From a virus, in the IMG/VR virus record IMGVR_UViG_3300037504_001229, positions 1 through 64,000 of that record: a DNA stretch of 64,000 nt; one strand, 5' to 3'. Position numbers and translations under genes: made by a program. Numbering within the stretch: position 1 is the stretch's first letter; each line of letters opens with the position of its first letter. The notes below the pieces were generated by a model, which searched no databases, was not told where the DNA came from, and worked only from the letters and a program-made list of their open reading frames with translations. Of the stretch, positions 59,268-64,000 are shown in pieces.

Positions 59268-59812
59268 GAAAGATTAGAAACTTTATGGAGAGTTATCAAA
59301 AAGATCTCGAAAAAACTCTTGAAAAAATAAAGAAACTATTCGATCAATATGATATTGATTTTTGTTTTATAGGAGGTATTGCTGTTAACTACTATGGTCA
59401 TCAAAGAACTACAGACGATGTAGATCTTCTTGTAGATAGACATGATAAAGAAAAAATACAAAAAATACCTATAGGATTTATGAGAGATATAACAGGTAAT
59501 GGTAAGATATTTAACTTTCATAATCCTTCTACAAGACTTGAAATTTTATATAGCGGGGAACATGCAGGAAATAAAGATGGGCCGGAGTATGTAGATCCAG
59601 CTTTAGTAAAAAAAGATGATAGGTTTATTAACTTAAAATTTTTAGTTTTTTATAAAGTAGCCTCAGGTTTTTATGGTAAAAGATACCAAGATTGGGGAGA
59701 TGTACAAAATCTTATTAAAAAGAATGCCTTACAAAAAGATTTTTTAGATAAGTTTGATATACAATATCCTATGGTTGTAAAAAAATATAAGGAGATATGG
59801 AGTGAAAGTTAA
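59264..59812 (+). CDS. nucleotidyltransferase (Pol-beta superfamily)
   Basis: IGGIAV..G..RTTDDVDLL. Confidence 0.75.
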   Translation: MRKIRNFMESYQKDLEKTLEKIKKLFDQYDIDFCFIGGIAVNYYGHQRTTDDVDLLVDRHDKEKIQKIPIGFMRDITGNGKIFNFHNPSTRLEILYSGEHAGNKDGPEYVDPALVKKDDRFINLKFLVFYKVASGFYGKRYQDWGDVQNLIKKNALQKDFLDKFDIQYPMVVKKYKEIWSES

Positions 59813-60380
59813 CATCTTAAAGATTATTAGATATAGAATTTTAGGAAAAATAAGTACCTTTCCTAGAAATATTAAATGGGGACTTCAAAGATTATTTAGA
59901 GGATATAGTGATAGGTATCTTTGGGGATTTTATTATATGGTTTCTAAAGATATATATCCTAAATTTAAAGCATTCAGAGATATGGAAAAACACGGATTAG
60001 CATCTTGTTATTTTGATGATCCTAATAAAATAGATCATACAGATGAAGACTTTGAAAAAGCCTTTGAAAACTTTAATACTATTTTAGATAAAATTCTTTT
60101 CGCCTTTGAATATACAATATATGAGGATGGATGCGGAAATAAAAAGTTTAGAAAATACTTCGAAGAAAAATATGGAAATCCTTACGAAGAAATAGAAGAG
60201 AATAGAAAAGAACCTCTTATATATTTTGTAGAAGATGAAAAAACAGGAGAGAGAAGAGAAGAAACTCTTTTTGATGGAAAACCTATTTATTATAATAATA
60301 AGATGCTTGAAGAGTTTAGTAAAAGACAACAAGAAGGATTTGAACTCTTTGGAAAATATTTATTAAGTTTTTGGGATTAA
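59802..60380 (+). CDS. hypothetical phage protein
   Basis: 192 aa; QR..RGY.D...EGFELFGKY...WD. Confidence 0.6.
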   Translation: MKVNILKIIRYRILGKISTFPRNIKWGLQRLFRGYSDRYLWGFYYMVSKDIYPKFKAFRDMEKHGLASCYFDDPNKIDHTDEDFEKAFENFNTILDKILFAFEYTIYEDGCGNKKFRKYFEEKYGNPYEEIEENRKEPLIYFVEDEKTGERREETLFDGKPIYYNNKMLEEFSKRQQEGFELFGKYLLSFWD

Positions 60381-60384
60381 GATT

Positions 60385-60801
60385 ATGAATTTATACAAAT
60401 TAACAAATAACTTAGGTGAATGGTATGTGATAGCTGAAGATCCTACTAAAGCACAAAGAGCTTTAGAGTATAGACTTAGACAAGAAGGTTATGGGTTTGA
60501 TAACTACAGAAAAGTTTTTAAAATAGAAAAGATTACTGAGATGGTAAAACCAGCTCTTAATAGTAAATGGTTTTTTAGTAGTGGTAATAAACTTGTTGTA
60601 CCAGAACTAGAAAAAGTTGAGTTATTAAACAAGTTACTAAATTTAAAAAATGAATATATAAAACTATTAGGAAATGAGGTAGATAAGTTTGCAGAAGTAT
60701 CATATATGCATGGAGTATATTCTTCTCAAGAAGATATAGATAAAGGAAAAGAACTAAGAGAGGAGATGAAAAAGATCAAGGAAGAACTAAAGGAGATATA
60801 A
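60385..60801 (+). CDS. hypothetical protein
   Basis: 138 aa in operon. Confidence 0.55.
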   Translation: MNLYKLTNNLGEWYVIAEDPTKAQRALEYRLRQEGYGFDNYRKVFKIEKITEMVKPALNSKWFFSSGNKLVVPELEKVELLNKLLNLKNEYIKLLGNEVDKFAEVSYMHGVYSSQEDIDKGKELREEMKKIKEELKEI

Positions 60802-60802
60802 A

Positions 60803-61240
60803 ATGACAGAAGAAAAAACAAGAAAGCTATTTGAAAGATTTAAATTTTTTCACCCTGAAAGATCTCTAAATGAAAGTCTTATGGGATTCGGGTTTGAATG
60901 TAGTGATGGCTGGTTTAACATTATATGGGATCTATGTGAAAAGATAGAAAAGGAACTTAATGAACATGGAAATGATCCAGATTTTCCGTTCGAAGTCCTT
61001 CAAGTAAAAGAAAAGTTTGGGGGACTACGATTTTATACTAACTGGGAAACTAAAGAAATAGGCGATTTAATAAATGAAGCAGAGGAAAAAAGTTATAAAA
61101 CTTGTGAAGTATGCGGGAAGGAGGGAGAACTAATGACTAAAGGTTATTGGTTACAAACTCTATGTCCTAAACATGCAAAAGAAGAAAATTTTATGACTAT
61201 GAAAGAATACGAAGAAAAAGCAAAGGAGATAGAAGGATGA
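60803..61240 (+). CDS. conserved phage protein
   Basis: GW..QVKEKFGGLRFY...CEVCG..TLC..H. Confidence 0.7.
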   Translation: MTEEKTRKLFERFKFFHPERSLNESLMGFGFECSDGWFNIIWDLCEKIEKELNEHGNDPDFPFEVLQVKEKFGGLRFYTNWETKEIGDLINEAEEKSYKTCEVCGKEGELMTKGYWLQTLCPKHAKEENFMTMKEYEEKAKEIEG

Positions 61241-61686
61241 AATTAGCTGAAACCCTAATGGAAAGAAAAGATGTTATTAAAGCTATTAAAAAATTAGAGG
61301 AGGAAATTCTCAATAACCTTATCCATCTTGACGAAGATAAAGCAGATGCAGAGGGGAAGGTTATACAATATCAATTAGATACAGAATATTCTAACCTTAT
61401 TGAGGAGTTAGCAGGGTTAAACCTAAAGATAGAACACGCTAACAAACCTATAATACATAAGATCAAACTTATGCAAGTTATTGATAGGGAAATTTCCTTT
61501 TACAACCAAATTAGGAAAAAAATTCTTAATAAGTTTAGTGAATCATTTCTCTATAGAGAGGTAAAAGAACTCTATGGGGCAATGACCATTGAAACTATTA
61601 ATGAGTTTATTAAAGAAAAAGAACAAGAAAGAAGAGCTCTTGATAAGCAAATTCAAGAGTTTAACTGGATTACTGAAGTTGATTAA
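61237..61686 (+). CDS. DIP1984-family helical protein
   Basis: MKLAETLMERKD... start and LDKQIQEFNWITEV end. Confidence 0.65.
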   Translation: MKLAETLMERKDVIKAIKKLEEEILNNLIHLDEDKADAEGKVIQYQLDTEYSNLIEELAGLNLKIEHANKPIIHKIKLMQVIDREISFYNQIRKKILNKFSESFLYREVKELYGAMTIETINEFIKEKEQERRALDKQIQEFNWITEVD

Positions 61687-61687
61687 T

Positions 61688-61893
61688 AGCGTATAGGGCT
61701 AAGATAGATTTTACAAGTTACCTTTGAGGGGATAATATCTCCCTATCATAGAAGAGGTAGTATAAATGGGAAAGAAAAGAATTATAAAAAAGAATTTTAC
61801 TCCTAATAAAGAATACTTGCTTCTTCCTAAAAGATTCAAGATTAAAGATTCATTCTGTTTACTTGGAAGTTTATTCTATAGCCTCTATACGCT
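61688..61893 (+). ncRNA. candidate end-paired structured RNA (contains a 46-codon ORF, 61766-61906)
   Basis: AGCGTATAG-GGCTA pairs with TAGCCTCTATACGCT, followed by a T-run. Confidence 0.5.
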
Positions 61894-61918
61894 TTTTTAT
61901 TTTTAAAGGAGAGAAAAA

Positions 61919-62185
61919 ATGATTATTCAGTATGTAAGAGACAAAGAAAGAAATCCTATTGGAACAGTAGTAGCTCTAAGTCCTAAAAGTATCGGGGCTT
62001 CCCTATGTAGTCCTAAGGATAAATGGAATAGAAAGATCGGCATTGAGATTGCTAAAGGAAGGGCTAAACAATACCATTTAGAAGAACTAGAGGATTTTTT
62101 AGCAAAAGTCCCAGAAAGTAAAAAACTAAGTTTAAAAGCAACTTTAGATGTAGTAATCGAAAGAGCTAGAAAGTATTATAAATGA
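61919..62185 (+). CDS. hypothetical phage protein
   Basis: G.SLCSPKDKWNRKIGIEIAKGRA motif, AGGAG RBS. Confidence 0.65.
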   Translation: MIIQYVRDKERNPIGTVVALSPKSIGASLCSPKDKWNRKIGIEIAKGRAKQYHLEELEDFLAKVPESKKLSLKATLDVVIERARKYYK

Positions 62186-62220
62186 GTCTAAAAATTTCCT
62201 TAAACTTTTTTCAAAAAATA

Positions 62221-62250
62221 CTTTAAATTTTAGACAAAAAAGTATATAAT
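62221..62250 (+). promoter_or_regulatory. phage promoter CTTTAA-N15-GTATATAAT
   Basis: Repeated motif. Confidence 0.65.
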
Positions 62251-62293
62251 ATAAATAGAAAGTAAATAAATTATTTAACTAAGGAGTTAGAAA

Positions 62294-63319
62294 ATGCAAA
62301 GTCAAATAAAAGTTAAATTAGATCAACTTGAACCTAACCCATTTAAACCAAGTTCCTCTATTATAGAGGAACATAGAGTTGAGTTTGTAATTAAAACTAT
62401 TCAAGAAACAGGGGGATATTGGGATAATATTCTAGTACGACCTCATCCTAAAAAGAAAAATAAGTTTCAAATTATTTGTGGTCATCATCGAGCAGAAGCT
62501 TTAAAAAGACTTAACATAACAGAATTTAATGTTATAAAAAGTGAAAAATCAGATATCGAAACTATTTTAGCTATGGCTGGTGAGAATGCGAATATGGAGC
62601 TTACTCCATTAGTTATTAATGAAACAGTATTAACAGTAAAAACTTTTTTAGAGTCTAAGTTTAAAACTTACGAAGTATTCGAAGAATATGAAAAGTCAGA
62701 ACTTTACAAGTTTTTAAAAGGAGACTCTAAAGAGTTTGAAATTATTAAAAAGGATGGAATATCTTTAAGACATATTTTTAAAATGATTGGAAATACTTTA
62801 GACTCCAGTATTAAAAATTATAATAATGTTGGATGGTCTAAAAGTAAAATTAGTGAGGCTCTAAAAGAATTAGATCCTAATGACGAAGTTGATACTAGGG
62901 TCAAGAAGTTACTTCCTAATCAAAGAAGTATTAAAGAATTTCGTAGAATAGTTAAAGACAGAGGAATAAGCAAAAAGGATCAGGTAAAAATTATTAATAA
63001 TATTTTTAAAAATGGGAAGCCTGGCTCAAGACAACTAGCAGATCTAGTTGCAGAGCAAATAAATAAAAGATCATCTTCTAAACCGTTTAACTATGAAGAT
63101 CACAATATTCACTATTTAGAATTACTAGAAATTAGTATTAGAGATGTAACTACACTCAATTGCTCTTTAAATAAAATAATAGATAATATAGATGTAGTAA
63201 ATCATGAAAGATTTCGTGATTTAATGTTTTATTTGAAAAGAACATTTACTAAGTTAATAGAAGCTTATAATAGAGAAAACAATAGGCAAGAAGTAGATAT
63301 TAAACTAATTGATTATTAA
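62294..63319 (+). CDS. ParB/Srx-like domain protein
   Basis: LEPNPF, ILVRP, FQIICGHHRAEAL, EN. Confidence 0.75.
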   Translation: MQSQIKVKLDQLEPNPFKPSSSIIEEHRVEFVIKTIQETGGYWDNILVRPHPKKKNKFQIICGHHRAEALKRLNITEFNVIKSEKSDIETILAMAGENANMELTPLVINETVLTVKTFLESKFKTYEVFEEYEKSELYKFLKGDSKEFEIIKKDGISLRHIFKMIGNTLDSSIKNYNNVGWSKSKISEALKELDPNDEVDTRVKKLLPNQRSIKEFRRIVKDRGISKKDQVKIINNIFKNGKPGSRQLADLVAEQINKRSSSKPFNYEDHNIHYLELLEISIRDVTTLNCSLNKIIDNIDVVNHERFRDLMFYLKRTFTKLIEAYNRENNRQEVDIKLIDY

Positions 63320-63358
63320 AAAATCAGTTAGTTAAAAAAATATTAAGGAGTAAATATT

Positions 63359-63871
63359 ATGTCTAAGAAATTTTTCGAGAGAAAAGGTTGGGATCAGTTA
63401 TCAGGTGACTATCTTTTAACTGAGAAAGGATCAAGTGAAGTTGCTTACCGTCTTTCTACAAGACATGGAAAAGGGTCACTGTATCTTCTCTTCTGCGATA
63501 AACTAGGTAGGCCAGACTTGGATAAAGAGTTTACAGTAGATCAAGTGATAGATGAACTCGGATTTATGAAAGGATGGCAGGAATTACCAAAGGGCCCTAT
63601 TAAAAATGGTTATAGAGACAAAGTTTCACAGTCACTTCACAATTTAAAAGATTCTCAACAAAAAGTTAATATAGCTTTCGGGTCTAAAGATCATGCTAAG
63701 TTTACGAATCTAGCAGTTTGGAAGTTTGCTAAAAATATAGAAGATTTGATTGCAATGAAAGATAGGGAACAATCAAGAAAAGAGATGAATAATCGTATTA
63801 GTGATAGTAGAATATTATTTTTAGAAAACAAAACTTCGGAGTTTAGATTGCGATTTCCTAAATCTAAGTAA
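63359..63871 (+). CDS. hypothetical protein
   Basis: 170 aa, AAGGAG RBS. Confidence 0.6.
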   Translation: MSKKFFERKGWDQLSGDYLLTEKGSSEVAYRLSTRHGKGSLYLLFCDKLGRPDLDKEFTVDQVIDELGFMKGWQELPKGPIKNGYRDKVSQSLHNLKDSQQKVNIAFGSKDHAKFTNLAVWKFAKNIEDLIAMKDREQSRKEMNNRISDSRILFLENKTSEFRLRFPKSK

Positions 63872-63895
63872 ATCTAAGTAAATTTAAGTAAATTT
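63859..63895 (+). repeat. tandem 10-bp repeat AAT(C/T)TAAGTA, about 3.5 copies
   Basis: Read directly from sequence. Confidence 0.75.
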
Positions 63896-63902
63896 TTATT
63901 TT

Positions 63903-63930
63903 AAAAGCCCCTATTCGTAGGGGCTTTTTT
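63903..63930 (+). terminator. rho-independent terminator with UUCG loop
   Basis: AAAAGCCCCTA-TTCG-TAGGGGCTTTT. Confidence 0.85.
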
Positions 63931-63948
63931 AATTACTAATATTATGAC

Positions 63949-64000
63949 ATGACCGATATCTTAGAGACTTTTAAACAATTTGATAATAATGTTATTCAGC
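63949..64000 (+). CDS. start of a probable late gene running off the window
   Basis: TACTAATATT at 63934-63943, then open frame MTDILETFKQFDNNVIQ. Confidence 0.35.
   Translation, partial: MTDILETFKQFDNNVIQ

Noticed and set aside
22531-60332. Minus-strand ORFs in the right arm (22531, 25985, 26566, 38523, 39549, 40672, 40951, 41659, 42305, 43824, 44737, 45093, 45947, 50444, 50960, 52409, 54791, 59336, 60084)
   Set aside because: Shadow ORFs opposite real genes, with no recognisable motifs.
17594-63893. Recurring TAAGTAAAT 9-mer in intergenic regions
   Set aside because: Several copies are expected by chance at this AT content, and some include stop codons.
63859-63895. Possible CRISPR or mini-array
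   Set aside because: Units are 10 bp and contiguous, with no spacers and no cas genes.
1-64000. Stop-codon reassignment suggested by the release-factor-like gene
   Set aside because: Genes are full length in the standard code and end in TAA, TAG and TGA; the protein has only the GGQ domain.

Overview
A 64-kb, very AT-rich, gene-dense segment of a large tailed dsDNA phage. It reads in the standard genetic code. I saw no tRNA, rRNA, CRISPR array, intron or intein. Genes run leftward up to about 22.5 kb and rightward after that. The left arm encodes a T4 gp20-like portal, SbcCD/Mre11-Rad50, Pnkp, RNA ligase 2, class II RNR, RecA, a sigma-like protein, a resolvase, an SSB-like protein and a ParB-MT-A70 methylase with a frameshifted nuclease-like partner. 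The right arm encodes a clamp-like protein, a flap nuclease, an SNF2 helicase, and an operon running NUDIX-UDG-queD-queE-folE-dpdL-like-radical SAM-glycosyltransferase-dpdA-DHH-polA. It continues with a sigma factor, an M23 peptidase, an SLT, an 11-kb nonulosonic-acid glycan cluster, RNA ligase 1, AEP-like, ThyX-like, HNH, nucleotidyltransferase, DIP1984-like and ParB-like genes. Best candidates for new biology: (1) a QueC-less 7-deazaguanine DNA-modification pathway with an added radical SAM enzyme and glycosyltransferase, next to a PolA with unusual active-site substitutions; (2) a probably late-expressed, self-contained sialic-acid/KDN-type glycosylation, sulfation and methylation cluster, possibly decorating the virion; (3) two phage promoter classes, with the putative late motif built into RBS-occluding hairpins; (4) two structured non-coding RNA candidates. 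All protein calls come from recognising motifs by eye; no database search was run.
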